From NCBI GenBank assembly GCA_002455375.1, contig DKKR01000101.1:54227-112567 (forward strand): a DNA stretch of 58,341 bases. Direction: 5' to 3'. The notes beneath the pieces were generated by a model. That model did not search any database, was not told where the DNA came from, and saw only the letters and a program-made list of their open reading frames with translations. Shown piece by piece: positions 9,438 through 20,100 of the stretch (positions within the stretch are counted from its first letter, which is position 1; each line of letters begins with the position of its first letter). The position numbers were made by a program, and so were the translations under genes. This DNA comes from Bacteroidetes bacterium UBA6661 (GTDB taxonomy: Bacteria; Bacteroidota; Bacteroidia; AKYH767-A; OLB10).

Positions 9438-10526
9438 ATGAGTTCAGCAGAAAATACGATGACAGAAAAACGCGAATTATCAGCATTTGAAGCAAAAAAC
9501 GAAGCACAGAAATTAGCGTTTGCACCGGTAGTTTTTCAGGTAGTAGTAGCTATGCAACGGTTAGAAATTCTTGACTTAATCTGCAAAAACAGAAAAGGTA
9601 TTTCGCTTGAAAGTATCAGCGATAAAACAGGAGTGAGTTTATATGGCGTAAAGGTTTTGTTGGAAATGGCAGCTAATGCCGATATTGTAAAATATTTAGA
9701 CGACCATACTGTAACCGTTACTATGCTTGGTTATTTCCTCAACTCTGATGAAATGACTCGTGTTAATATAAACTTTACTCACGATGTGTGTTATGATGGA
9801 TTCAAATTTCTAACAGAGTCTATTCAGAATGGTAAACCCGAAGGATTAAAAACACTCGGTAACTGGCCTACTATATATCCTGGTCTTTCAAGTCTTCCGG
9901 AACGCGTTAAAAAATCGTGGTTTGAGTTTGATCATTTTTATAGTGATGAAGCGTTTAGAGATGCACTTAATATAGTTTTTCAAGAAAAGCCCTCAACTAT
10001 TTTTGATATTGGTGGCAACACCGGCAAATGGGCGTTTGCCTCTTGTGAATACAATCCTGATGTTAAGGTAAAAATTCTTGATTTGCCACAACAAATTGCT
10101 GTTGCAAAAGCCAATGCTGAAAAAAGAAATCTTACTGACCGCATTTCGTACTTTGAGATTAATCTACTCGATAAAAGTCAAAAAATTCCTAAAGGTGCCG
10201 ATGTGGTTTGGATGAGTCAGTTTCTTGATTGTTTTGGTGAAGATGAAATTGTAGCTATTCTTGAGAATGTGAGACAAGCTGCTGCTCCACACACCACAGT
10301 TTTTATTCTCGAACCATTTATAGACAACCAAAAGTTTGATGCAGCTGCCTATTGCCTTACGGCTACTTCGCTTTATTTTACTGCACTTGCAAACGGCAAT
10401 AGTAAAATGTACAGTGTAAAAGCAATGACCGGATTGGTTGAAAGAGCAGGGCTAGAAGTTGTTGAAACATTTCCATTGATAGGTGAAAGTTTTCATACTA
10501 TACTCAAGTGTAAAGTAAAAGCTTAA
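9438..10526 (+). CDS. O-methyltransferase family 2-like SAM-dependent methyltransferase
   Basis: N-terminal winged-helix/dimerisation-like region. SAM motif I is IFDIGGNTGKWA, followed by an acidic loop ILDLP and then VWMSQFLDCF. There is a 4-nt gap to the upstream gene. Confidence 0.7.
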   Translation: MSSAENTMTEKRELSAFEAKNEAQKLAFAPVVFQVVVAMQRLEILDLICKNRKGISLESISDKTGVSLYGVKVLLEMAANADIVKYLDDHTVTVTMLGYFLNSDEMTRVNINFTHDVCYDGFKFLTESIQNGKPEGLKTLGNWPTIYPGLSSLPERVKKSWFEFDHFYSDEAFRDALNIVFQEKPSTIFDIGGNTGKWAFASCEYNPDVKVKILDLPQQIAVAKANAEKRNLTDRISYFEINLLDKSQKIPKGADVVWMSQFLDCFGEDEIVAILENVRQAAAPHTTVFILEPFIDNQKFDAAAYCLTATSLYFTALANGNSKMYSVKAMTGLVERAGLEVVETFPLIGESFHTILKCKVKA

Positions 10527-10527
10527 A

Positions 10528-10569
10528 AGTACGGGAGTGCTGCATTCGCAGCACTCCCGTACTTTTTTT
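10528..10569. terminator. bidirectional rho-independent terminator between convergent genes
   Basis: Perfect 16-bp stem AGTACGGGAGTGCTGC / GCAGCACTCCCGTACT with an ATTC loop and a T6 run downstream. An A-run upstream gives a U-tract on the other strand. It overlaps the stop codon of the minus-strand gene. Confidence 0.85.
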
Positions 10570-11869
10570 ATTTATTCAACGACACTAATTTTTCAATATC
10601 ATTATTTACAGAAAGTATAAGCAAAGATGTTGCTGTACAAAAAACAGGACTGGTAATGCAGTGATGTCCATTCCAACTGCCATCATTGTTCTGAATATTT
10701 AAAAGCCGTCCACTCACATTGTCATACCATTTATGCCATTCTTTATCCTTGCTGATAATTAAACCTTCACCGGTTTGCAGGTAGGATAGAAACTCTTCAC
10801 CACCATTGCTGCCAAATCCATTCATCACATCATTACGCTGTGCCTGCCTGCTAGCAGCCTGATTAATTTCATAAGCAGCTGCATATTTATAAGCATCAGC
10901 TTCATTCATACCGGCAGCCTGCAGGCTTTCACTCGTTACAGTTGAGGTAGGAGATAATTTTCCTTCTTTTTTAGCCTTTGCTATTTTATCTTTTGCAATA
11001 CTAGCCTCACGTGCTGTGCTGCGTGCTGTGCCCGATATACTGTAAAGCATAACTCCGGCACCATCACCTGTTGCAACAGAATTTGTCTTTGCATCATAGT
11101 TTCCTTTCTGATAGTTTTTATAACGTTCAAGCTTTTCATCGTCAACAGAGGCACCTGCTGCTTTTGCACTTTCTAATGCATTGGTTGCAAATGAAGATTG
11201 TAGAACTCCTGCCCATCCTGCACCTTTTATACTTCCGTTTTCACTCTGTGCATGCTGTATTTTAACAACGCATTTATCAAGACTTTTACTCACTCTTGTT
11301 TTTAATGTCTGATTGTTAGTGATGTAATCCATTAAATTAGTAAGATACTGTGTGGCAAGAACTACATCAATATTTTGACCAAGTTTGACTTGTGGTTGTG
11401 TTGCTGTTTGGTTAGTGATATTTAATGTTTGTGCATCGGCTGCTTCAATTTGTTTGAGTAAATATTCTGTTGCTAAAGAAAGATTGGCCGAATATTTTCC
11501 TGTCGTTGGCGTGTTGCCTGTCCGCAACAATGCCATGGCAACCATAGCGGTTGTTGCAGGGTCTGAACTAACTGCATGTGGGTCAAATACCGATTGCCTG
11601 GCATGTGAGCCTGCTCCCCATCCACCATCTTTTAATTGTGCTTTGCTGATCCACTCCAATGCCGATGTCATAGATTCTTTAACCTTTACCGGAGTTGAAT
11701 AAATAAAGTTTGAGTCTATTCCTTCAGCTTCAAAAACAGAACGGAAAACACATCCTTTTTCTCCTTTAGTTTTTACTTTGTAACGGTCACTGCCTTTTTT
11801 CATTGATGTAAGTAATGCTACTGTTCCGATAGCGAGTAGTAACACGCCCATAATTTTTATACTTTTCAT
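10568..11869 (-). CDS. secreted/anchored prenyltransferase-squalene oxidase repeat-like protein
   Basis: N-terminal hydrophobic anchor. QLKDGGWGAGSH and NNDGSWNGHH match the alpha-alpha toroid repeat signature. Confidence 0.5.
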   Translation of the reverse strand: MKSIKIMGVLLLAIGTVALLTSMKKGSDRYKVKTKGEKGCVFRSVFEAEGIDSNFIYSTPVKVKESMTSALEWISKAQLKDGGWGAGSHARQSVFDPHAVSSDPATTAMVAMALLRTGNTPTTGKYSANLSLATEYLLKQIEAADAQTLNITNQTATQPQVKLGQNIDVVLATQYLTNLMDYITNNQTLKTRVSKSLDKCVVKIQHAQSENGSIKGAGWAGVLQSSFATNALESAKAAGASVDDEKLERYKNYQKGNYDAKTNSVATGDGAGVMLYSISGTARSTAREASIAKDKIAKAKKEGKLSPTSTVTSESLQAAGMNEADAYKYAAAYEINQAASRQAQRNDVMNGFGSNGGEEFLSYLQTGEGLIISKDKEWHKWYDNVSGRLLNIQNNDGSWNGHHCITSPVFCTATSLLILSVNNDIEKLVSLNK

Positions 11870-11940
11870 TTCCTTAAATTTTTATTGATTTCACTAAGGA
11901 TGTAAAAGCCCACATTATTTCACACATTTATTTGATAAAG

Positions 11941-11963
11941 GCAAATGTTATTTTCACATTTGC
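11941..11963 (+). promoter_or_regulatory. perfect 8-bp inverted repeat immediately upstream of the start codon
   Basis: GCAAATGT-TATTTTC-ACATTTGC ends 3 nt before the ATG at 11967. Confidence 0.3.
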
Positions 11964-11966
11964 AGT

Positions 11967-12476
11967 ATGAAACATGTCAATTTATTTTCTGTTCCTGTTG
12001 CAATACTGTTTTTATCAGCTATCTTTTCATGCAACACTTCAAAAAAAGTTTCTGAAAATAATTCAGCAGATAGTTTGCTTATAAGCCTGAGTCGTTATCC
12101 TTGTTTTGGCCGATGCCCTTATTATGATGCAACATTATATAAGAGCGGTTATGCAGTCATCAACAGAAAGGGATTTATGGATAGTCTTGGAATTTATGCT
12201 ACACAGATTGAAAAACAGGAGTTAAATAGTATTATTGAGGAAGCAAAGCAGGCTGGACTGATTGCTATGCCCGATAGTTTTTATAATCCCGGAATTGCTG
12301 ATTATCCTGCTACTATCGTCACCGTAAATTTGAATGGTAAAGCAAAACGTATTTTTGATGGTGTACCCGAATCACCTACTTCTCTAAAAGATTTTGAAGA
12401 GAAGGTTCATCAGCTTTTTACAGCATCAGGTCGTCAATGGAAACTGATGCAAAAACCCGCACAACAGCAGGATTAG
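11967..12476 (+). CDS. hypothetical lipoprotein (possibly DUF6438-like)
   Basis: Signal plus lipobox (..LSAIFSC). CFGRCPYYDATLYKSG resembles the CFGxCPxY core of DUF6438. Confidence 0.5.
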   Translation: MKHVNLFSVPVAILFLSAIFSCNTSKKVSENNSADSLLISLSRYPCFGRCPYYDATLYKSGYAVINRKGFMDSLGIYATQIEKQELNSIIEEAKQAGLIAMPDSFYNPGIADYPATIVTVNLNGKAKRIFDGVPESPTSLKDFEEKVHQLFTASGRQWKLMQKPAQQQD

Positions 12477-12632
12477 AAAGCATTTATGCCATTATGTCGC
12501 CAAATATTTTTTGGCATTTCAGTTGACATCAGTTTGCTGATGAGGGTTCTAAATTCATGCACCAATCATATAAAGCATTGTTTTTAGGCTACCATCCTTT
12601 GCAAATCGCTTTGAATTGCAGCCACTTTACGT

Positions 12633-12640
12633 TACTTTTG
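12633..12640 (+). promoter_or_regulatory. Bacteroidota -7 box (TAnnTTTG) upstream of secA
   Basis: TACTTTTG lies 36 bp upstream of the ATG at 12677. A TTG sits about 20 bp further upstream. Confidence 0.35.
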
Positions 12641-12676
12641 TCACCTTTTATTTTTAGCTCATTATAATCAGCAACA

Positions 12677-15600
12677 ATGATTGATTTTATTAATAAAACT
12701 ATTTCCAAAATTTTTGGCAGTAAGGCCGAAAGCGATTACAAAGCACTGTCACCCGTAATTGATGCAGTAAATGCAGTAGCCGAAAATATTGCAACACTCA
12801 GCAATGATGAATTACGCAATAAAACCAATGAATTTCGTACACGCATACAGGACTATCTTTCTGAGATTGATGCAGAACTTACGCAGCTAAACGAAGAAGC
12901 TGAAGCCGATTCTGAAATGGATGCCAACCGAAAGGAAGAAATTTATAACCGAATAGATGCTTTAAAAAAAGAAAGAAATAAGAAGACAGAAGAGGTGCTT
13001 AATGAAATTCAGCCTGAAGCATTTGCCCTTGTCCGCGAAGTTGCCAAACGTTTTACAGAGAATGCAGAGTTGGCAGTAGAAGCTAACGATAATGATAAAA
13101 ATCTGGTAACCAAACGCGATGGTATAAGAATAGAAAATGGTAAGGCAATTTACAGCAATACCTGGACAGCTGCCGGAAGTAAGGTTCTCTGGAACATGAT
13201 TCATTATGATGTGCAGCTTATAGGTGGTTCTGTTTTACATCAGGGGAAAATTGCAGAGATGGCAACCGGTGAGGGAAAAACCCTTGTTGCAACATTGCCA
13301 ATTTATCTAAACGCATTGGCAGGTGCAGGGGTGCACGTTGTTACTGTTAACGATTACCTTGCTAAACGTGATGCGGAGTGGAATGGCCCTTTATTCGAAT
13401 TTTTAGGTCTTACAGTAGATTGTATAGACAAACATCAACCCAACACAGAAGAAAGACGTAAGGCTTATTTAGCTGATATCACCTACGGAACAAACAATGA
13501 ATTTGGTTTCGATTATCTGCGTGATAACATGACCCGTCATGCACATGAAATGGTGCAACGACCACATCACTTTGCCATTGTGGATGAGGTGGACAGTGTT
13601 TTAGTTGATGATGCAAGAACCCCATTGATAATTTCAGGTCCTACACCTAAAGGTGACTCTCAGGAATATTTTGCATTGAAGCCTAAGGTTGAAATACTGT
13701 TTAATGCACAACGTAATTATATCAACACTGTGATTGCCGATGCTAAAAAGAAATTGGGTGAAAACAAACCCGATGAGGCAGGCATGCCGTTGATAAGAGC
13801 TTACAGAGGTCTGCCAAAAAACAGAGCGTTGGTTAAGTTTTTAAGTGAGCAAGGCGTAAGAGCATTGTTGCAGAAAACAGAAAATCACTACATGCAGGAT
13901 CAGTCGAAGGAAATGCATAAAGTAGATGCAGAATTGTTTTTTGTGATTGACGAAAAAAATAATACCGTTGAACTGACAGAGAAAGGTATTGAACTGATTA
14001 CTGCCAACAACGAAGATCCACACTTTTTTGTGATGCCTGATGTTGGAGCTTCCATTGCTGAAATAGAAAAATCTAATGGAACAAACGAAGAAAAGTTAGA
14101 ACGCAAAGAAGCATTGATGCGCGACTTTTCTGTTAAATCAGAGCGTATTCACACCATCAATCAATTGCTTAAAGCTTATACACTTTTCGAAAAAGATGAT
14201 GAGTATATTATTGCAGATGGAAAAGTAAAAATTGTTGATGAGCAAACAGGCCGTGTACTTGAAGGACGAAGATATTCCGATGGTTTGCATCAGGCTATTG
14301 AAGCTAAAGAAGGTGTAAAGATTGAAGCAGCCACACAAACCTATGCCACAGTGACATTACAGAATTATTTCCGTATGTACCACAAGCTGGCAGGTATGAC
14401 AGGAACTGCAGAAACAGAAGCAGGCGAATTTTGGCAGATATATAAGTTGGATGTAGTAGTAATTCCAACCAATAAAAAAATTATTCGTGACGACAGAGAA
14501 GACTTGGTTTATAAAACCAAACGCGAAAAGTATAATGCCGTTATTGAAGAAATTGCTAAACTTACAGCTGCAGGCCGGCCGGTTCTTGTAGGTACAACAT
14601 CAGTTGAAATTTCTGAATTGCTTAGCCGTATGCTCAAGCAAAGAAATATAAAGCACAACGTTTTAAATGCTAAGTTGCATAAAAAAGAAGCAGACATTGT
14701 TGCAGAAGCAGGTCAGGCAGGGACGGTAACTATTGCTACCAACATGGCAGGTCGCGGTACAGATATTAAATTGGGTCAGGGAGTAAAGGAAGCCGGTGGT
14801 CTTGCAATTATCGGTACAGAGCGACATGACTCAAGACGTGTTGACAGACAGTTGCGCGGACGTTCCGGTCGTCAGGGTGACCCCGGTTCTTCTCAGTTTT
14901 TTGTTTCGTTAGAAGATGATTTAATGCGCTTGTTTGGCAGTGAAAGAATAGCCAAACTCATGGATAGAATGGGCATTGAAGAAGGTGAGGTTATTCAACA
15001 TAGCATGATCACTAAATCTATTGAGCGTGCACAGAAGAAAGTTGAAGAGAATAACTTCGGAATACGTAAGCGTTTGCTTGAGTACGATGATGTGATGAAT
15101 GCACAGCGCGAAGTTATCTATAAGAAAAGACGTCATGCATTATTTGGTGAAAGGCTTGCACTCGACATTATGAATATGCAGTACGATGTTTGCGAAAGTA
15201 TTGTGAGCAGCTACAATCAGGAGCGTGATTTTGATGCATTGCAGTTAGACCTTATTCGTTACCTTTCAATAGAAGCACCAATTGATGCAAAGGCTTTTTT
15301 ACAAATTAAGCTTGAAGATTTAACACAAATGGTTTTTGAAAAAGCAAACAGTCATTACCGGCAGAAGTCAAATCTTATTGCAGAAAAGGCATTCCCTGTT
15401 ATTGAAAATATTTTCACCAATCAGGGTCAGACAATTGTTGATGTTGTTGTGCCGTTTAGTGATGGCACCAAGGCAATGAATGTAATTGCAGGACTGAAAA
15501 AGGCGTATGATTCAAATTGCAAAGAGTTGATTTCTGCTCTCGAAAAATCATCGGTGCTCAATTTTATTGACGAAGCATGGACAGAGCATTTGCGCGAAAT

Positions 15601-15988
15601 GGACGACTTGCGTCAGAGCGTACAAAATGCAGTGTACGAACAAAAGGACCCATTGTTGATTTATAAGTTTGAATCGTTTGAACTTTTCAAGCAGATGATT
15701 GACAGGGTGAATAAAGAAATTGTTTCGTTTTTGATTAAAAGCTATATCCCTGTACAAAATCAGGAAAACGTACGCGAGGCTAAAGTACAACAGCAACGTA
15801 CAGATATGAGCAAAATGCAAACCAGCCACAGCGAATCAGATTCTGGAGGACAAGGCCGCCCACAGGGACCACCGCCACCGCCAAAACAGCAACCTGCAAA
15901 AGCAGAAATAAAGGTCGGACGTAATGACCCTTGCCCTTGTGGTAGTGGAAAGAAATTTAAGAACTGTCATGGTGCAGGTGTGGATTAA
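12677..15988 (+). CDS. secA: preprotein translocase ATPase SecA
   Basis: 1103 aa. MATGEGKTLVATLP (Walker A), DEVDSVLVDDARTPLIISG (DEAD-like), TNMAGRGTDIKLG, and the C-terminal zinc motif CPCGSGKKFKNCHG. Confidence 0.97.
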   Translation: MIDFINKTISKIFGSKAESDYKALSPVIDAVNAVAENIATLSNDELRNKTNEFRTRIQDYLSEIDAELTQLNEEAEADSEMDANRKEEIYNRIDALKKERNKKTEEVLNEIQPEAFALVREVAKRFTENAELAVEANDNDKNLVTKRDGIRIENGKAIYSNTWTAAGSKVLWNMIHYDVQLIGGSVLHQGKIAEMATGEGKTLVATLPIYLNALAGAGVHVVTVNDYLAKRDAEWNGPLFEFLGLTVDCIDKHQPNTEERRKAYLADITYGTNNEFGFDYLRDNMTRHAHEMVQRPHHFAIVDEVDSVLVDDARTPLIISGPTPKGDSQEYFALKPKVEILFNAQRNYINTVIADAKKKLGENKPDEAGMPLIRAYRGLPKNRALVKFLSEQGVRALLQKTENHYMQDQSKEMHKVDAELFFVIDEKNNTVELTEKGIELITANNEDPHFFVMPDVGASIAEIEKSNGTNEEKLERKEALMRDFSVKSERIHTINQLLKAYTLFEKDDEYIIADGKVKIVDEQTGRVLEGRRYSDGLHQAIEAKEGVKIEAATQTYATVTLQNYFRMYHKLAGMTGTAETEAGEFWQIYKLDVVVIPTNKKIIRDDREDLVYKTKREKYNAVIEEIAKLTAAGRPVLVGTTSVEISELLSRMLKQRNIKHNVLNAKLHKKEADIVAEAGQAGTVTIATNMAGRGTDIKLGQGVKEAGGLAIIGTERHDSRRVDRQLRGRSGRQGDPGSSQFFVSLEDDLMRLFGSERIAKLMDRMGIEEGEVIQHSMITKSIERAQKKVEENNFGIRKRLLEYDDVMNAQREVIYKKRRHALFGERLALDIMNMQYDVCESIVSSYNQERDFDALQLDLIRYLSIEAPIDAKAFLQIKLEDLTQMVFEKANSHYRQKSNLIAEKAFPVIENIFTNQGQTIVDVVVPFSDGTKAMNVIAGLKKAYDSNCKELISALEKSSVLNFIDEAWTEHLREMDDLRQSVQNAVYEQKDPLLIYKFESFELFKQMIDRVNKEIVSFLIKSYIPVQNQENVREAKVQQQRTDMSKMQTSHSESDSGGQGRPQGPPPPPKQQPAKAEIKVGRNDPCPCGSGKKFKNCHGAGVD

Positions 15989-16062
15989 CTGCTGCAGTAA
16001 GTAATTTTTTTTGACTATGAAATCAATTTAAAATTGCAGCCGGCAACAGCAGTTTTTATTGT

Positions 16063-16070
16063 TAATTTTG
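16063..16070 (+). promoter_or_regulatory. Bacteroidota -7 box (TAnnTTTG) upstream of pheS
   Basis: TAATTTTG lies 19 bp upstream of the ATG at 16090. Confidence 0.4.
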
Positions 16071-16089
16071 CATTTTCTTATTCTATCTT

Positions 16090-17112
16090 ATGTCGCAAGA
16101 ATTAATTGAGCAGCATATTCAGGAGGCAGAAACATTTTCTATTCAATCGCCTGCCGATCTTGAAAACTTCCGCCTTAAATATCTTTCCAAGAAAGGTGTG
16201 CTGGCAGATTTGTTTGCATTAATGAAAAACATTGAACCTGCCGAAAGAAAAAATTATGGCTTACAGGTTAATTTGTTAAAACAAAAGACAGAAGCCATCT
16301 TCGAAAGTTTTAAAGAAAAGTTTGAGAATGTAACTACTGAGGAGAAGAAGATAGACATTACCTTGCCCGGTGAGCCAATGAGTGAGGGAGCTTTACATCC
16401 GCTATCCATTATCAGAAACAGAATTATCGAAATTTTCAGTGCTGTTGGATTCACCGTTTCTGATGGTCCGGAGATAGAAGATGACTGGCATAATTTTACA
16501 GCACTTAATTTTCCTGAAGAGCATCCGGCACGCGACATGCAGGATACTTTTTTTATTCGTAAAAACCCTGACCTGGCATTACGCACACATACATCATCTG
16601 TGCAGGTGAGAATGATGGAAAAACACAAACCACCGTTGCGTACAATTTCGCCCGGAAGAGTTTACCGCAATGAAGCCATTTCAGCAAGGGCACATTGTTT
16701 TTTTCATCAGGTAGAAGGACTCTACATTGATAAAGATGTTTCTTTTGCCGACCTGAAACAAACATTACTCTATTTTGCCAAAGAGATGTTTGGCGCAGAC
16801 ACTGAAATACGTTTACGCCCTTCGTATTTTCCGTTTACAGAGCCATCGGCAGAGATGGATATTTCCTGTAATTTCTGTAAAGGCGAAGGCTGCAACATCT
16901 GTAAATACACAGGCTGGGTAGAAATTCTGGGTTGTGGCATGATTGATCCTGCCGTTCTCGACAACTGTAAAATAGATAGCAATGTTTACAGTGGCTTTGC
17001 CTTCGGTATGGGAATAGAAAGAATTACGATGTTGGTTTATAATATCAACGACCTGCGAATTTTTTCTGAAAACGATGTTCGTTTTTTAAAGCAGTTTAGT
17101 GGAATAGGGTAA
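16090..17112 (+). CDS. pheS: phenylalanine--tRNA ligase alpha subunit
   Basis: 340 aa. HPARDMQDTFF, LRTHTSSVQ, PGRVYRN, FHQVEGL, RPSYFPFTEPSAE and GFAFGMGIERI are class II aaRS PheS motifs. Confidence 0.95.
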   Translation: MSQELIEQHIQEAETFSIQSPADLENFRLKYLSKKGVLADLFALMKNIEPAERKNYGLQVNLLKQKTEAIFESFKEKFENVTTEEKKIDITLPGEPMSEGALHPLSIIRNRIIEIFSAVGFTVSDGPEIEDDWHNFTALNFPEEHPARDMQDTFFIRKNPDLALRTHTSSVQVRMMEKHKPPLRTISPGRVYRNEAISARAHCFFHQVEGLYIDKDVSFADLKQTLLYFAKEMFGADTEIRLRPSYFPFTEPSAEMDISCNFCKGEGCNICKYTGWVEILGCGMIDPAVLDNCKIDSNVYSGFAFGMGIERITMLVYNINDLRIFSENDVRFLKQFSGIG

Positions 17113-17123
17113 GGAGAGTTGCT

Positions 17124-20100
17124 TTATCTCAACAAATTAAAAGTTCCTTTCTTACTCACAATTTTTCCATTCAGCCAACCTTCGGCTTTGGCTGTATAAA
17201 CATAGGTTTCTACATTCTGTAACTGACCTTTAAAATAACCATCCCAACCTTTGTTTAAATCGTTGCTTTCAAAAATCAACTGACCCCAACGATTGTAAAT
17301 CTTAAATTCTATCAGCCGTTTTAGTCCGAGTCCATTTACATAAATAACATCGTTATCGCCATCACCGTTGGGTGAGAAAGCCGTAGGTACATCAATGGTT
17401 ATTCTTGGATCTATTTCTATGTTGAATCTTGAAATACCGGAAAAGCAACCTGCAGAATCAGTAAATGTTGCTGTGTAAAGTGTGTTCACCAATGGTTGCG
17501 CCCATGGGTCAGGACAATTAACACAACTCAATCCGTTAACAGGATTCCAATTGATGATTAAGTTATTTGTAAGCCCTGTATTTAATTGTATAGAGTCACC
17601 AACAAAAAGTAAATGCGTTACATTGACTTGCGGAGGCGGGCTGTAAATTGTTACAGGTGCAGTAGCTACTCCTGTACATCCGTTTACATCAGTTATCAAT
17701 ACCGTATATACGGTGCTTTGACCTGGTGTAGCAACGGGATTGGCAATAGTTGTACTTGAAAGTCCTGTTGCTGGCGACCACAGATAACTTACACCACCTG
17801 ATGAATGTAATGTTATTGGTTTGCCTAAGCAGGTGTCGCCACCGGTTGCAGTTACTATAGGAAGGTTGTTGATGCTGATTTTTTTTCTGATAGTATCCTT
17901 ACATCCCCATGTTGAATTATCAATGGCCAGTGTAATGGTGTAAACCCCTGTTTGATTGATGGTGTAGGACGGTGGTGTAGCACCATTAAATGTTTGTCCG
18001 TTGCCAAAGTTCCAATAGTTGTTGCTTGCATTCAGTGAAGTGTTCACTAAGGTTACAGGTTCGCCAACACATAATGCAGTGTCGCCACTGTTAATGTTGA
18101 AGTTGGCAATAACTTTTCGGATAAATACCGGATTTGTTTGTGTGTAAGTACAAGCCGAATCAGCAGACCACATCACCAAACCCACAAGTGTTTGTCCGCT
18201 GACAGGATTTATGTTGTATGTATGTGTTATGGGTGATACTCCCGGAGAGGTCATACCATCACCAAAATCCCATGAAAATGCACCAAGGTCAGCTGTATCT
18301 TTTATACTGAAAGTAATGGATTGCCCTTTACAGATTGTTGAAGGTGCAATGTTGAAGTTTCCAACAGGCCCAAGCACACGAAGTGTATCATAAGCGGTGT
18401 CTCTGCAACCAAATGTAGTCTCTTCAATAAGTTGAATGTAGTAAATGCCCGGTGTCTGATAAATTGTTCCTGCAACAGGCGTTGTAAAAATGTTACTGCT
18501 GTTGCCAAGATTCCACTTGCGGCTGCCAAAAACACTTACAATACTTGTATCATAAAAGTTAACCAGCAAAGGATAACATTTATTGAGCATGCTATCTGCA
18601 CTACTTGTAAATCCTGCTTTTGGAAATGCTTGTACATTGATGTAGTTAGTAATCTTTTTACTTCCCGGGCAACCTATGGAATCAGTAACAGATAATGTTA
18701 CAGTGTAGGCACCTGCTGCATTGTAAGCATGTGATGGTGATACCTGTGCAGATGTGGTGTTATCACCAAAGTTCCAAGAGTATGATGAATGACCGGTAAA
18801 ATGTGGATTGAATACAATTGCTTCACCGACACAAATATTTGTTTTTGTGGAAGAGAATAACGTATCAGGCAATGACGCAGTAATTGTCTTTTGGAAAACA
18901 CTGGTGCAGCCAATAGTATCTGTAACAATCAGTGTCACAGTCCAGCTTCCACCTGCAGGTGCAGTAGTGTAGGTGTGACTTGGGTTCTTAACAGAAGAAG
19001 TGTTTCCATCACCAAAATCCCATGAGTAAGAAGCTATGGTTGTATCAGCAAAACTACTGTCGGTAAAATTAATTGTAAGCGGAAGGCATCCGTAGTTTTT
19101 ATTGGTTTTAAAATAAGCATTGGAAGAATACACTTTTATTTTTCTCTTCACAGAGTCAACACATCCGTTGATGTCGGTGGTAACTAATTTAATAAAATAA
19201 ACACCATTGTTCAGGTAGGTATGTGAAGCTATGGGCGATGCTGAATTATGCGGAAAAGCATTTCCTCCCCAATACCATAAAAACCCTTCATTACAACTGC
19301 CATATGCATCAGTGGATGAAGAAGCATCTACATTGGCAGTATATCCTTTGCAGATTGCAGAATCTCCTGTAAAGCTTGCTGATAAATTTCTGACACGAAC
19401 AATATTGGAATCAATATCAGGTGCACAACCGGATGTTGTATTGAATGAAGTTAATTTTACCCAATAGTCACCAGTAGCAGCATAGGTGTGTGTCGGATTT
19501 ATGTTTCCTGAATTAATTAATGCCGTGCCATCACCAAAATCCCAATTCCATGTAGTTGCATCGTTAATGGTTGCAGGGAAACTATACTTAAATGGTGTGG
19601 CACAATTTCCCGCAACATAAAATTTCGCCATAGGTCCTTTAACAGTGACAGTTTGTGTGGCTGTGCTGACACAACCATTGTTTGATGTAGAAAGTGTAAT
19701 GGTCTGTTGACCGGTTTGTGTGTTGAAATTCCAAACAGGATTCGTCTGATTATAGCAGTGAGACAACATGCCTCCATCACCTGAAAAATGATAAATATTA
19801 TTGGTGTCGGGATTTAGAACATTAAATTGCACAGGTGTGTAGGCACATATTGTTGTAGGTACAACGGTAAAAGCTGTTGTGACGGCAGAACCTACATAAA
19901 TAGGAATAACAAAAGAAGTGTCTTTGCATCCTGCTGAATTTGTAACTACTAATCTCACATAGTAAATACCCGGTGTATTGTAGGTATGCGAAACCACACC
20001 ATTGCTGCCTGTTGTTTGTGTACCATCACCAAACAGATAGGTGTAATTTACAATAGTCTCCCGCGAACGGCTTGAGTCAGAAAAAATAACTGTCATCGGT

